Shown: positions 22,801-31,720, counted from the stretch's first letter. The stretch: DNA of 64,000 nt from an uncultured virus (IMG/VR IMGVR_UViG_2684622652_000002) (IMGVR_UViG_2684622652_000002), one strand, 5' to 3'. A program made the numbers and translations. Notes: generated from the letters alone by a model not told the origin.

Positions 22801-23608
22801 TGTCTACAGCAACAAAGCGGAGATTAAGGCCGCGATGGATGCAACTAACGCGCGCATTGCTGCCGAGCGGCAGGCGAATCTGGATCATGCCGTTGAGGCG
22901 CTGGCGCAATCGTGGGTGACGGCAATCAAGGGAGCGGTAGCAACTGGAAAAATTACCCCTACAATTGCTGATGTTGTTAATGATGGTGCTAAATTCATGG
23001 ATGCGTATCGCAATGGCTCAATGCCGATGCCAACTGCATACGGCATGACTACCAATCATCCGACGTATAATCTGGTTTCCATGTTCGCCGATCTGGTGAT
23101 TCTGGATCTGGTGGAACTGAGCGAGGTAACGCCGACGCTGTTGAGCGCCCGTAAAAACTATCTCGACGTGCTGATTCGCGTGGCAGACGGGCTGCGGGCA
23201 CGCACAGACGAGCAGAAGGCGGCGGACGCTGACCGCATCAATCTGGCGCTGGGTAATATCACGGAAGAGGAGGTCGCCGCGCGTAACGCGCAGCAGGACG
23301 AGATAGCCACGGTGCAGGGCGACGCCACCAGTACCGCCCAGGCGCTGGGGCTCAACTACCGCGTATCGACCGCCGATCTCAAAATGATGTACGCGCCGAA
23401 GTTCGCCGCTGGCGAGGTGTTTGGACTACAGGAGGCATCTGGTCAGAAAGGCGTATTGTTCCGCGCCAAAGACGAGTTGAAAGATAAGTTCAAAGCGCGC
23501 TGGCTGCCAGCGAAAGCCAAGAATAGCGACTTCCCCGGCAACTGGTGGATCATCGAAACTAAACACAACGCAGCGGACGTGCTGGCCGTTATCCAACAAT
23601 ACGCATAA
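16844..23608 (+). CDS. darB: DarB: N6-methyltransferase plus SNF2-like helicase antirestriction protein
   Basis: 2254 aa; LEPSAGTG and GNVPF MTase motifs; GTGLGKT, DEGH and QRNGRGAR helicase motifs. Confidence 0.95.
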   Translation: MADISGGVFSCKSISEIVRFIRAISMRRQPVSFGVNKVEGKSFDRLRKEANAKAVDLLNSLTDGAELTDEQRQTLAGYTGEGGIGGSVSEYYTPQPVAEGVWEIMKLYGADVGNTLEPSAGTGVFNETKPVGTVMTATEISTVSGRINKLLHPEDSVQISPFEQLAVSTPNDTFDHVVGNVPFGGRDNTRNIDKPYAEETDMGSYFMLRMLDKIKPGGFMCVIVPPSIVSGTNMKRLRLRLSRKAEFLGAHRLPTGTFDANGTSTVVDVVLMRKHPKEMADRVAQAEESTLEAANVLWPTFITGKWFERDGRRFVHGTQEKGFQGRIEVRADGQIDNLALKAKLIHRFDSRIDWSMLDIDEPSPTADVIDEGEMRLINGVWHKFAGGRWIEADAGKELVIDNERFGADSWEALQRNLSTAEGRLGMTFDQMANVRQQYASSLSDDQVQMVDWIGSQPEKYRTRLYRGAMLGRMLIEYQDMKAAGHNEDDIEQRRLSLAAKVQAEIDRFGNPGRGPIAKLSGAGARAWFAFRGAIKLDGSISDELTGKLVTHDASASYDSTSYQDTLRHLYSDLTRDPVQLEDFRQAFTGDIPASDDELLDLLANTPGIAVSPYGGIVPFARATSGDINEIIAPKQAFLAQLPDGAVRNNVLNQLAAIEEKRLKTPAENIRFKLNSRWFDRSVILEFLQENGYPDLRYVQSVQMEGDEMVSETYHGGDGLFVGHRYGVVQRKDKETGEIRYEWDKKSGDNATGFPAQLEKYLNGARIGGKDSATANGYREQMALLEEQFNKWIKTHDRYDDLVAKYNDIFNSNIPYEHSGDSLGLTGISGKRLPFDYQNSEVRRLSEDGRGILGFGTGLGKTTTGLALEAFNFENGRSTRTAYVVPKSVLENWYYEAKDFLSEQAFSNYLFVGLDVLMDGDQIRQVPVLDENGKPVMNADGTPVMRDGLKLADEATITARMNAIPHSNYRAVVFTKEQYARIPLRNETVDEHAQDMLIDFVAAGRVSSAMESDSHRKEAARRRVLSEYSDTGTEKAEKYPYFEDMGFDSVIADEGHNYRNSYKNGREASQLAYLPTSAVAQSARDMAIKNAYLMKKNGGRGPVMLTATPIVNTPIDAYNMLSHVLPKEFWQKMGIFGPDDFVKFFGKTRLETVQKISGEVEEKMALVGFENLDALRGIFHRWTTLKTAEDVKDTVEIPELDERQQDAPLTDEQLAAYEELRKQAEAAAKANNGMATIEQEDGTTTEEKARPIFSIIRDMDRVCTDMDLYHHRITYRFLPEHADAVQQLADSLPKQATSEDDDSDEAVTQQVQYSLIDKGEFIQLQVPEAFEPEVNKRLAKFGIDERTVTHPVTPKYAKLIATLKEFFPQGKQIIFTDEKTQHQKLKRIICNALNIDPSQVGILNAQTVADAGKSGKKLKAVKPPKDLPDEPTEAQLTKYNEQMALYDAYIAQQNEMSLSGLEKIAADFQEGRTPIIICNKKAEVGINLHRGTTDIHHLTLPWTPASIAQRNGRGARVGSNRASVRVHYYCGKGSFDEYRLKTLKRKAGWISDILRSDKSEMENADANDMIEMQMYTAKDDGERLAMMQVQMDKAKAAQLARQKEQAGVDLQNYVKAQHAAGEDVEALAAQLETSKNELEEVVAEVARYRQLVLAKAAENEEWKARWGSVYSSDRLQLSQYRNSLKAAIRRKADLTSAISQREKLLTRTKKAATDIKRLRPLVEDAMSKGLLSVDPDLINHAKDFLVINDQSWRVGQYYENNGDIVRIKALDFDSQRADVEVIFSSKGTRSSSWPVRLLQQQVDVTPDEAAVMGKISGGVSIAGINDLISRDDFYRFQQRGMLKITDSYAMQNTEHGYSMEFVSSSDTVQNAVYPDRTDGALKSAIAKWALGYLAAGQGYKISSAESFLTELFGSNYRDVISSYGDALSPEDIQERIVAEIAKLPAKSPDGSTRNGDSEVEVANAIFNSYPFRASAYELGTSEFGAISVYSNKAEIKAAMDATNARIAAERQANLDHAVEALAQSWVTAIKGAVATGKITPTIADVVNDGAKFMDAYRNGSMPMPTAYGMTTNHPTYNLVSMFADLVILDLVELSEVTPTLLSARKNYLDVLIRVADGLRARTDEQKAADADRINLALGNITEEEVAARNAQQDEIATVQGDATSTAQALGLNYRVSTADLKMMYAPKFAAGEVFGLQEASGQKGVLFRAKDELKDKFKARWLPAKAKNSDFPGNWWIIETKHNAADVLAVIQQYA
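16898..16914 (-). promoter_or_regulatory. C1 operator-like site inside the darB 5' end
   Basis: Minus strand ATTGCTCTAATAAATCG (15/17 consensus). Confidence 0.65.
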
Positions 23609-23641
23609 CAGGAGCGCCCGGCGCGCCGGGCGGTTAACCGA

Positions 23642-24082
23642 ATGGCAACACTATCTGATACAATCAAACCAAACAAGACTTACCTGGAGGCGCTGTTACG
23701 AACTGCGCTTTTAGGGAAAACCGAAGATGAATATGTTGATTTTTTCCTCAAAGGGTTACGCGGGCGTCTGTTAAAGAGTCCTCGTCTTTATCGCAGCTAT
23801 GGACCGTACTGGCCTGAAATTAAAAAGCTGCTACTGGAACGCGGTTATGGCAATTTTGGCCGTCTGATTGACCGTGATGTTCGTAAAATTTATCGTTTCG
23901 ACCGACCAGCCTTAACGCTGGTGGCCGCGACCTTATACAGCCAAGAAAGATTTAATAATGGGCAGATCTATTCTGCCTGGCACTTGTTACCTGTTCCACC
24001 GGACGTTGATGATGCAGACTACCCGTTTGAGTCTTACGATCTGGAGGTGGAGGTTTTAGTTCCTGGGGAGGGGAAAAATTGA
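23642..24082 (+). CDS. ulx: Ulx (DarB incorporation factor)
   Basis: 146 aa between darB and lxc. Confidence 0.85.
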   Translation: MATLSDTIKPNKTYLEALLRTALLGKTEDEYVDFFLKGLRGRLLKSPRLYRSYGPYWPEIKKLLLERGYGNFGRLIDRDVRKIYRFDRPALTLVAATLYSQERFNNGQIYSAWHLLPVPPDVDDADYPFESYDLEVEVLVPGEGKN

Positions 24083-24330
24083 AAAAGCGCTACTATCCAG
24101 TTAAGCATGGGACGCTACGAACGTTGCAGGAATATGCTGATCCGTTTTCAGTAGAAGTGCGTAGGGTGGGCGTAAACAAGGGGTTTCAGATATATAGACG
24201 TGATGGGGAATGGAGAACAGTAGTAGATTTTAGTGATAACAGCATACCACTCGCTATTCGAGATCGCACCCATGCCGAGTGGGGGCGGATTATCACTGAT
24301 AATGCATTGCTGCTACTGAGTGATAAATGA
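24079..24330 (+). CDS. lxc: C1 co-repressor Lxc (Bof)
   Basis: MKKRYYPVKHGTLRTLQEYAD resembles P1 Lxc; synteny. Confidence 0.85.
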   Translation: MKKRYYPVKHGTLRTLQEYADPFSVEVRRVGVNKGFQIYRRDGEWRTVVDFSDNSIPLAIRDRTHAEWGRIITDNALLLLSDK

Positions 24331-24331
24331 T

Positions 24332-24348
24332 TTTGCTCTAATAAATTG
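24332..24348 (+). promoter_or_regulatory. C1 operator
   Basis: TTTGCTCTAATAAATTG; a second site ATTGTTCTAATTAATAT lies at 24591-24607. Confidence 0.75.
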
Positions 24349-24429
24349 TATTTTTTAGATGGTCTGGTATATTGGTTCTGAGGCCGCACGCTTACGCGGT
24401 CAGAACCAATCAATCAAAGGAATCAGACC

Positions 24430-24582
24430 ATGAAAGATTTCGTTATTCAACGTCACCGTATGGCACGTATCAGCCATGATAAGCCAACTCTACGCCAGGT
24501 TGTCACGTTTTGCGCACAGGCGTTCTGTGTAAGCTTCACCCTGATTTACATCCTCTCCCTAATCTACCAGCACGCAAGATAA
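24430..24582 (+). CDS. Small membrane protein (50 aa)
   Basis: AAGGA RBS; hydrophobic C-terminus; below the ORF-track cutoff. Confidence 0.5.
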   Translation: MKDFVIQRHRMARISHDKPTLRQVVTFCAQAFCVSFTLIYILSLIYQHAR

Positions 24583-24669
24583 CTTTTAAAATTGTTCTAA
24601 TTAATATATAAAAACGCCAAAAACTTGGCGTTTTTTCATCCGATAATGACAACGAACGAGAGATAAAGT

Positions 24670-24831
24670 ATGCGTGTTTGGGATATCCCGGAACGGGATG
24701 TGAACTTTTCAAGAGATTATAACCGCCAGCGACGTAGCAAAAGGCTGGTGGAACCGAAGGATAACGGCAACAAATACGATCCAATGGCCAGCCTGCGGGC
24801 TGCGCGGGATCTTCGCCAGGGAGGGCGTTAA
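24670..24831 (+). CDS. Hypothetical protein (53 aa)
   Basis: Stop abuts the next ATG; follows a C1 operator. Confidence 0.45.
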   Translation: MRVWDIPERDVNFSRDYNRQRRSKRLVEPKDNGNKYDPMASLRAARDLRQGGR

Positions 24832-25077
24832 ATGACGAATTATGCGGATGAAGTTGATCTGAGCGCCAGCATGGAAGAGGCGATAAAGGAACTGGCTATT
24901 GAAGGTATTCGGCAGATGGCCCACTCAACCAGCCGCGAATATACCGGGAAATGCCATTATTGCGAGGAGCCGATCAGTACCGGCATTTATTGTGATGCTG
25001 ACTGTGCTGCATGGCATCGCGAAGAGCAAGCTGCAATGGCCAGAAAGTACGGTCGTCGCCCTTCAGAACTGGAGTAA
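24832..25077 (+). CDS. Small C4 zinc-finger protein (TraR/DksA-like; PmgL position)
   Basis: ADEVDLSA N-terminus; CHYCEE...YCDADC. Confidence 0.7.
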   Translation: MTNYADEVDLSASMEEAIKELAIEGIRQMAHSTSREYTGKCHYCEEPISTGIYCDADCAAWHREEQAAMARKYGRRPSELE

Positions 25078-25080
25078 ATT

Positions 25081-25659
25081 ATGCTCCGGTTTACCGAAGA
25101 GGAATTTAAGCAGTTTACCACTTCCCGTAATCAGAAAAGCGGGAAGCGACGTAAGAAGGAGGATGCTTTTCTCGCTTTGGCATCTGTGAAAGAGCCCTCT
25201 CCTCATGCTGTTGCCCTGGCCGCGCTGGCCAAAAATCCAGATCTCCGTAAAGGCAATGTTGAGCACTTCGAACAGGTCATTATTTTTGACTATATGGAGC
25301 GCAAACACCCGGATATCTATGAGCTTTTGCACGCGACACCCAATGGCGGCCTGCGGGCGAAAGCAACAGCCGGGAAAATGAAGGCTGAAGGGCAAAAGAA
25401 AGGGTATCCGGATTTATCGCTGGATATGCCGAGAGGCATTTATCACGGCATGAAGATGGAAATCAAAGCGCCAGACGGTAAAGGCCCAACAGCGGAGCAA
25501 ATTGAATGGATGAACAAGTTGTGGAGGGAGGGATACTACGTAGCGCTGGCCTATGGTGCAGAAGAGGCTATTACAGCCTTGTTGGAATATGCCAGCCTCA
25601 GTAAAGGAGCGTCTATTGAGCACATCATGAATGGAGAAAAATGGTTTTTAATGTCTTAA
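25081..25659 (+). CDS. VRR-NUC domain nuclease (PmgM-like)
   Basis: HATPNGG, GYPDL, MEIKAPDGK, EQIEW motifs. Confidence 0.85.
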   Translation: MLRFTEEEFKQFTTSRNQKSGKRRKKEDAFLALASVKEPSPHAVALAALAKNPDLRKGNVEHFEQVIIFDYMERKHPDIYELLHATPNGGLRAKATAGKMKAEGQKKGYPDLSLDMPRGIYHGMKMEIKAPDGKGPTAEQIEWMNKLWREGYYVALAYGAEEAITALLEYASLSKGASIEHIMNGEKWFLMS

Positions 25660-25665
25660 AATAAT

Positions 25666-25682
25666 ATATTTATTAGAATAAT
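25666..25682 (-). promoter_or_regulatory. C1 operator-like site
   Basis: Minus strand ATTATTCTAATAAATAT. Confidence 0.55.
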
Positions 25683-25742
25683 ATGGCATCATAAAACCAC
25701 ACAACCGGTACGCCGTGCCACATTGCTTATGCAGGGGAAAAT

Positions 25743-25898
25743 ATGACCATTGCCAATAAAACCTCACAGGCGCCAGTAATGCCTCGCAATCAGGCGGAGA
25801 TTGACGCCCATGTTGACGGGATTGTGACGGAAATGTACCGCCGTCTGGAGGACGAACTTGCTGAAGAACTGGCAGAACAAAACGAAAGCACCCACTAA
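25743..25898 (+). CDS. Small acidic hypothetical protein (51 aa)
   Basis: AGGGGA RBS before the ATG; overlaps the next ORF. Confidence 0.55.
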   Translation: MTIANKTSQAPVMPRNQAEIDAHVDGIVTEMYRRLEDELAEELAEQNESTH

Positions 25899-26469
25899 GA
25901 CTATTTTCTGTGTGGCCAGTGGTCCATCGCTGACAGCAGAGGACTGCGAAACTGTACAGAAAACAGGGTGCTCAATCATCGCCGTAAACAATTCCTGGCA
26001 GCTTTTCAGTGATATCTATGCCCTGTACGCCGGGGATCTGACGTGGTGGAAAAGATACCGCAAAGAGATCCCCGTCGGCCAGTTTCGCAAATTTACGGCT
26101 AACCTCGCCGCCGCTAAATCATATGCGCTGGAATACCGGCGCTACTGTGATTTAAAGGAGGGATTTAACAGCGGAGCAATGGCGATCAGCCTAGCGGCGG
26201 AATTGGGCGCTGAAGTTGTCATTCTTCTCGGATATGACTGTTCACTGGCGCACGGAGTTCACTGGCATGGTCCCCATGAAGATAAGTTGCGTAATCCGTC
26301 AGAAACTTCAGTCAGAACATGGCATCAGCAATTTAAGAAAACCCAGGAACGGCACCCAAATTTACACATTCTGAACGCTAGCAGGAGTAGTGAAATTCAA
26401 TGTTTCCCGCGAATAAATCTGGAAGCGGCGATCGCGCAATTATCGTCGGCAGCGGCCCAAGCGCAATGA
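25858..26469 (+). CDS. Maf/DUF115-like glycosyltransferase-fold protein (pmg region); start uncertain
   Basis: CVASGPSL, IIAVNN, NSGAMAISLAAELGAEVVILLGYD pattern. Confidence 0.65.
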   Translation: MLKNWQNKTKAPTKTIFCVASGPSLTAEDCETVQKTGCSIIAVNNSWQLFSDIYALYAGDLTWWKRYRKEIPVGQFRKFTANLAAAKSYALEYRRYCDLKEGFNSGAMAISLAAELGAEVVILLGYDCSLAHGVHWHGPHEDKLRNPSETSVRTWHQQFKKTQERHPNLHILNASRSSEIQCFPRINLEAAIAQLSSAAAQAQ

Positions 26470-27026
26470 ACTTTGTCGCGCCGCGAGGCGTGCCAATTAT
26501 TGCAGTAAATGGAGCTGTCGACTGGCTGAACCGCGTCTCATACTTTTTTACTCTCGACCCGTCACCTTCAAACCTTCAGCGTATGGCAAGAGGACGTCGA
26601 CGCCGTGGTGTTCGTTACTGTATCGCTCTACCAGACGTTACCGAAGTGGAGCAACGTGATGGCATCTGGTGTTTTCACCGTATAGCAGAGCGCTCAAACG
26701 AACCGGCACAAAAAAATACCCCTGAATGGTGGGCATGGCGCTGGTCGGCAAAATTTGGGCTTTGCACAAACCAGAACGAGATCGCCAGCGGCAACAGCGC
26801 CTACGGCGCACTTAATCTTGCGTATCATCTGGGATTTAAACATGTCGCGCTGGTGGGCGTGGATGCAACACAACAACCACGCATACATTCTGGCGGTGTG
26901 CCAAACAATCTGAGCCACCTGCCGCTCCTGTTCCAGTCCGCACGCGATCAGATCGACGTTGTTTCCTGCGGGCAGATGGGCGGTATTCCTAAAATGTCCC
27001 TGAAAGAGTGGTTAAAGAATTCATGA
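26400..27026 (+). CDS. Second Maf/DUF115-like glycosyltransferase-fold protein (pmg region)
   Basis: [38 protein letters not shown] pattern. Confidence 0.65.
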   Translation: MFPANKSGSGDRAIIVGSGPSAMNFVAPRGVPIIAVNGAVDWLNRVSYFFTLDPSPSNLQRMARGRRRRGVRYCIALPDVTEVEQRDGIWCFHRIAERSNEPAQKNTPEWWAWRWSAKFGLCTNQNEIASGNSAYGALNLAYHLGFKHVALVGVDATQQPRIHSGGVPNNLSHLPLLFQSARDQIDVVSCGQMGGIPKMSLKEWLKNS

Positions 27027-27682
27027 GTCCCATTTACCACCGCATAGACGGCGGACGTTTCCGTAAAATCTGGGTGGCGGGAGATCTGCACGGCTGCTAC
27101 AGCAACCTGATACATCGCCTCGATGAGGTGGGGTTCTCCGCAGAAACAGATCTACTGATATCCGTTGGCGACCTTATCGATCGCGGAACCGAAAACGTGG
27201 AGTGTCTGGAGTTGCTACAAATGCCGTGGTTTCGTGCAGTTCGCGGCAACCACGAACAGATGATGCTGGATGCACTATCACCAAACGGCAATGTTAACCA
27301 CTGGATGGTGAACGGCGGAGCCTGGTTTTTCCAACTCGACTATGACAAAGAACGGCTGGCCATTGCATTAGTGGAGTTGGTGCGCCAGCTTCCTTACATC
27401 ATAGAACTACGTACTGGCGGAAAAACGATAGTCATAGCGCACGCAGACTACCCGGCAGATGAATATCAGTTCGGCAAAGAATTATCGCTACATGATGTGA
27501 TCTGGAAGCGGGACAGGTTAGTGGACGCACAAGACAAAATCGGCGGCCCGATCGCCGGCGCTGACCATTTTATATTTGGACACACCCCGGCACGTACACA
27601 GCTCACGTTCTGGAACCAGACTTATATTGATACCGGCGCCGTATTCAGCGGCAACCTTACTCTACTTCAGCTACAGGAATAA
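27023..27682 (+). CDS. ppp: Ser/Thr protein phosphatase (lambda NinI/PphA family)
   Basis: GDLHG, GDLIDRG, RGNHE, GHTP motifs. Confidence 0.95.
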   Translation: MSPIYHRIDGGRFRKIWVAGDLHGCYSNLIHRLDEVGFSAETDLLISVGDLIDRGTENVECLELLQMPWFRAVRGNHEQMMLDALSPNGNVNHWMVNGGAWFFQLDYDKERLAIALVELVRQLPYIIELRTGGKTIVIAHADYPADEYQFGKELSLHDVIWKRDRLVDAQDKIGGPIAGADHFIFGHTPARTQLTFWNQTYIDTGAVFSGNLTLLQLQE

Positions 27683-27686
27683 AACC

Positions 27687-28400
27687 TTGAAAATTGCACT
27701 CGTATTTCGTTCAGGCGGAGATTTCAGCGCATCAGATGTTCAATGGCTGGCAAACCAGCTACCGCCAGGGTATGAAATAATCTGCCTGACAGATGTTAAA
27801 AACATGCTGATACCCGGAGTAAACTGTATCCCGCTTATTCATAAATGGAATTTCTGCCGGGGCTGGTGGGCTAAAATTGAGCTATTCCGCCCTGACATCG
27901 AGGATGATCTCTTCTTTCTGGATCTTGATACCGTCATTACCGGCGATATAACCCCTATCCTGGATGCGCCACCAGCCGAATTTACGATGTTGCGCGATTT
28001 TTGTCATCCAAGACGTTTTGGCAGTGGGGTAATGTGGATACCTAATACGGTCAAAGAAAAAATATGGTCCGCTTTCTGGCGGGATTCGTCTGGCTGGATT
28101 ACCAGTTGCACCACAACAGAGTATTGGGGTGATCAGGGCTTTTTACGTAAGGTCATGGGTGACAGCATAGCAACATTTCAGGATCTCTACCCTGGCTGGT
28201 TTAAAAGCTACAAAGTTGATGTGGCTATGCCGGGAAGCAAGTATGCAAATCCACGTTACTCGCGCGGGAATGGCCGCTTGCCCGCTGATTGCCGGATCGT
28301 TTCCTTTCATGGGCGACCTCGCCCGCAGCAGGTGACTGAACCGTGGATTCCGGGGGCGCAGCCAGTGGCCGGACTGATTCATGAATGTGAATCAGATTAA
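27687..28400 (+). CDS. GT-A fold glycosyltransferase-like protein (PmgQ position)
   Basis: WWAKIELF, FLDLD (DxD), GDQG, SFHGRPRP; probable TTG start. Confidence 0.7.
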   Translation: MKIALVFRSGGDFSASDVQWLANQLPPGYEIICLTDVKNMLIPGVNCIPLIHKWNFCRGWWAKIELFRPDIEDDLFFLDLDTVITGDITPILDAPPAEFTMLRDFCHPRRFGSGVMWIPNTVKEKIWSAFWRDSSGWITSCTTTEYWGDQGFLRKVMGDSIATFQDLYPGWFKSYKVDVAMPGSKYANPRYSRGNGRLPADCRIVSFHGRPRPQQVTEPWIPGAQPVAGLIHECESD

Positions 28401-28466
28401 ATTGCTCTAATAATTTTAATTCTTTAAAACATGGTGTATCATCACCATGTTTTTTATTAGAGCAAA
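28401..28466. promoter_or_regulatory. Pair of C1 operators around an early promoter
   Basis: ATTGCTCTAATAATTTT at 28401-28417 (+) and TTTGCTCTAATAAAAAA at 28450-28466 (-). Confidence 0.8.
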
Positions 28467-28478
28467 GGCGAAAGCACC

Positions 28479-28697
28479 ATGAGACTGTTCAAGCGTAAAT
28501 ACCACTACTGGTTGATTGCATTTGCCATTCCTAACGGCGGGATCAAATACGTTATCACCCGCTACCGGAATAAACGGCTTACACCTGCCCGAATCTTACA
28601 AGCCTCGCTGGGGGAGGGGTTGGATACCGATTGTGCCGTCCTCCCGCCTGCTTACCTGGGAAAAATGACTGAAGAAGAAGCCAAAACGGAAATCTGA
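28479..28697 (+). CDS. Hypothetical protein (PmgR position)
   Basis: 72-aa ORF after the operators. Confidence 0.65.
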   Translation: MRLFKRKYHYWLIAFAIPNGGIKYVITRYRNKRLTPARILQASLGEGLDTDCAVLPPAYLGKMTEEEAKTEI

Positions 28698-28699
28698 AC

Positions 28700-29962
28700 A
28701 TGACATCTCCTGCAAAAAACCAATCAATCATGACTACTTGTGTTACCGATGTGCTGGAAGCCGGCGTCCCGGCTGTAGTGCAGAATATACGAGCGGCCCA
28801 ACGCCGCGTTACCTGTGATGACCTGACAAACCGCTTCTTTGACAATGCCATAGAGTCTGCTGAAATGCTGCTGGCGCAGGCAGTGGACGTCTACAATAAC
28901 GAAGCTGACGAGCACAATTCACTTGTTGAAACGCTCGAAGACCTTCAGGAACAGTTACACGGGAAAAATACAGAGCTTACTGAGCTTCAAATTTTGCTAA
29001 AACAGCATGAGCGGCAGAAACAGGATGAGATAGAAGAGGCTGTGCAGGATGCTATGCAGCGCGCCGACCGTGCCGAACTGCTGTGCGTGGAAATGGAAAC
29101 CAAGCTAAATGAAGTCACAGCAATGGTTGAACTACGCAACCAGCAAATCCAGACCCTGAACAGGAGTTACAAAGAGGTTATGGCCCTAGATCCATTAAAC
29201 CTTGAAAAACGCTACGCTAAAGCCAAGCGCGAGCGGCAGGATTTGCGTAAACAGGTATCGGATCTTAACCAGAAAATCGTCAAATTAACGAAAGACCTGA
29301 GCGATGCGCGCGTGGCGTACGCCAGACAAAAAACAGAAACGACCAGGCTGGTGGAAGAGACGACCAAGTACGCCACTTTGCAAAAAGAGATGTACGGCAT
29401 TACGCAACACCAGTTTACCTCGACTAAGGAGCACCCAACCCTGGGGCCGATTCATTTCTACCCACGACTGCTGGCGTACGGAATATCATCACCGAAGCAA
29501 TACAATAATGAGCGCCCATATATTGTCACAAAGCTGGATTTTGCCTACCAGTTCTGCTGTGACATGGGGTTTGCCATTGATATTCGCATCAACGAATGGT
29601 TGATGCCGAATTTCCAGCCTATCCGCATATTTGAAGAGTTTCAGCCGGAGGGATGGATTGAATTTTTCCATGAATTAATTTGTCGGGAAATGGAAAGCCG
29701 GCGCCCGGAGTTAGTACGTCGTGCAGAATGGGCGCAAGAGGTAAATCTGGCTGATGCAGGTCTTCCGCTCCCGGAGGAATTGATAGCCAAACTGGCAGAT
29801 AACGATCTCCATACATTATTTGATGTCGTAACACGCCGACATGGCCAACTTGTAGCAAACCACAACCTCACGCCGGAAGAGGCAAAATCTGTTCTGGATG
29901 TATGTTATGCACGAACTGACGTATGGGAAAAAGAAAACGGTGGGACCATCTATGTACGCTAA
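28700..29962 (+). CDS. Coiled-coil protein (PmgS-like)
   Basis: 420 aa with a long coiled coil; P1 synteny. Confidence 0.75.
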   Translation: MTSPAKNQSIMTTCVTDVLEAGVPAVVQNIRAAQRRVTCDDLTNRFFDNAIESAEMLLAQAVDVYNNEADEHNSLVETLEDLQEQLHGKNTELTELQILLKQHERQKQDEIEEAVQDAMQRADRAELLCVEMETKLNEVTAMVELRNQQIQTLNRSYKEVMALDPLNLEKRYAKAKRERQDLRKQVSDLNQKIVKLTKDLSDARVAYARQKTETTRLVEETTKYATLQKEMYGITQHQFTSTKEHPTLGPIHFYPRLLAYGISSPKQYNNERPYIVTKLDFAYQFCCDMGFAIDIRINEWLMPNFQPIRIFEEFQPEGWIEFFHELICREMESRRPELVRRAEWAQEVNLADAGLPLPEELIAKLADNDLHTLFDVVTRRHGQLVANHNLTPEEAKSVLDVCYARTDVWEKENGGTIYVR

Positions 29963-30026
29963 TGGTTACGGTGTCACAACTCACTGTAAGGTCGTTGGTT
30001 GTGTCCTTTTCTAAAAATTTATCATT

Positions 30027-30043
30027 ATTGCTCTAATAAATAT
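30027..30043 (+). promoter_or_regulatory. C1 operator
   Basis: ATTGCTCTAATAAATAT (16/17 consensus). Confidence 0.85.
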
Positions 30044-30128
30044 TGATTTTTAGGTACGAAAGAGCAAGAATGTTTTCAGGCCACATGCTTTCAGTGGCCT
30101 TCAATATCAATCAATCATCGGAGCCAAT

Positions 30129-30269
30129 ATGCACACAGTATTCAAGCTGGCGATGGCGGCATTTTATATTTGGATATTTACTATCGTCTTTACAGGTATA
30201 GCCAAAGCAACTCCTGTCAACACTTTCGAAGTGGGGATGCGCACGATTTACAGTGAGCTGGGGGAATAA
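30129..30269 (+). CDS. Small hydrophobic protein (46 aa)
   Basis: GGAG RBS; hydrophobic N-terminus. Confidence 0.45.
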   Translation: MHTVFKLAMAAFYIWIFTIVFTGIAKATPVNTFEVGMRTIYSELGE

Positions 30270-30273
30270 TTAT

Positions 30274-30591
30274 ATGACCCAGGTGCCAACTATTCGCGAT
30301 CGCATATTTAACACTTTATCCGTGAACGGTCCGCTAACTAAGGCTGAAATATCACGGCTTACCAGCCTTTCGCTTGAACAAATTAACCGTACGGTGACGA
30401 GCTGCCTTCAAAAAGGGCAGATACAAATCCAGGATGGGCGAATTGTATTGGTTGAAGATGCTGTTTTCGGCCCATGCATTGAGGCCAGCAAGCGCGGACC
30501 TGGAAATATTATTTTCCAGATATGTAAGCGGAACTGGCGCGGTTATCACGTTCATCAATTATTCAACGCCAGCCGGAGAACTTCCGTATGA
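30274..30591 (+). CDS. Winged-HTH hypothetical protein
   Basis: GPLTKAEISRLTSLSLEQINRTV HTH-like segment. Confidence 0.6.
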   Translation: MTQVPTIRDRIFNTLSVNGPLTKAEISRLTSLSLEQINRTVTSCLQKGQIQIQDGRIVLVEDAVFGPCIEASKRGPGNIIFQICKRNWRGYHVHQLFNASRRTSV

Positions 30592-31076
30592 AAATAACGG
30601 ATAAAGAAATTATTTTGGCCGTCTGGCAAGCTACAGTGCAACGGTTGCCCTATGAAGCCACGCATCATTACGTTGGGAATCTGCGTGGACTGGCCCCGGC
30701 AGATGAATACTGGCACCAGTCTGCTACTGAAATATGTTCTGTATTTCGTGAGGCGGCGCTTGATCTCCCGTTATCTAAGGGCCAATCCTTGCGTCGAATT
30801 AAAGCGCTGATTGAGCGTAATCGACTAGTGGTTTCCGGCCGCCGCCCGCGCCCTGGGGAAGGTTTCCACTTTAAGCTGCCCGATAACCTCACTCTTCCGG
30901 CATTTAACCTGACACAAAAGCTTTTGCGTGGCTACGGCATGACTGAAAAAGACTTTCTGCCCGATCATGGCTATGCCGAAATTGCTCAGAAAGTTTCCAC
31001 CGCAGTAGAGAGTCAAATCGGCCCGCTTGTCGAGCAATACGTACGCCGCTGCGCCAGACAGGAGGCCGCCAAATGA
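30588..31076 (+). CDS. Hypothetical phage protein
   Basis: ATGA-coupled ORF, 162 aa. Confidence 0.7.
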   Translation: MKITDKEIILAVWQATVQRLPYEATHHYVGNLRGLAPADEYWHQSATEICSVFREAALDLPLSKGQSLRRIKALIERNRLVVSGRRPRPGEGFHFKLPDNLTLPAFNLTQKLLRGYGMTEKDFLPDHGYAEIAQKVSTAVESQIGPLVEQYVRRCARQEAAK

Positions 31077-31720
31077 AAGAGCGCGGAATGATTTTTAATG
31101 CCGAGATGGTGAACGCGATTTTATCCGGTCGCAAGACGCAGACGCGGCGTCCTATCAAATGGAAACAGACGCGGTTCACTGAAATTGCCGAACGTGATGA
31201 TGGTTCGCTGTGGCCGTGGGCGGAGGATTGCGAACACGGCGGTGATATCTGGTTTGCGTGTCCATACGGTGAGATCGGCGATCACATTTGGGTGCGGGAA
31301 ACATGGCAAGTAATCCATGACCATATTGATGAATCCAGTCACGTCGAATACCGAACCTATGCGCCGTCGATACCAAAAGAAAAGGATCGCTACTGGCACA
31401 CCGTATACGCGGAGCATTTTGGCGATGAAAGCCGTGAAGACCGTGGTTTCCCGTGGCGACCGGCCATTCATATGCCGCGCTGGGCGTCCCGCATCACGCT
31501 GGAAATCACCGACGTGCGCGTCGAGAGACTTCGAGACCTGAGTGAGGAAGATGCAAAATCGGAAGGCATCATACCATCGGCTGGTGGCGTCCTCCCGGGC
31601 TGGGAGTATCGCATTAACTTCCGCGATCTGTGGATGGATATCTACGGTACAGATAATTGGGAAGCTAACCCGTGGGTGTGGGTGATTGAATTTAAACGCG
31701 TTGAAGGAGCCGCGCTATGA
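31073..31720 (+). CDS. ASCH/PUA-like phage protein
   Basis: AILSGRKTQTRR, GDHIWVRETW, PAIHMPRWASRI, NPWVWVIEF. Confidence 0.8.
   Translation: MKERGMIFNAEMVNAILSGRKTQTRRPIKWKQTRFTEIAERDDGSLWPWAEDCEHGGDIWFACPYGEIGDHIWVRETWQVIHDHIDESSHVEYRTYAPSIPKEKDRYWHTVYAEHFGDESREDRGFPWRPAIHMPRWASRITLEITDVRVERLRDLSEEDAKSEGIIPSAGGVLPGWEYRINFRDLWMDIYGTDNWEANPWVWVIEFKRVEGAAL

Noticed and set aside
17042..23355. Antisense and alternative-frame ORFs inside darB (up to 321 aa)
   Set aside because: Shadow ORFs of a long GC-rich gene
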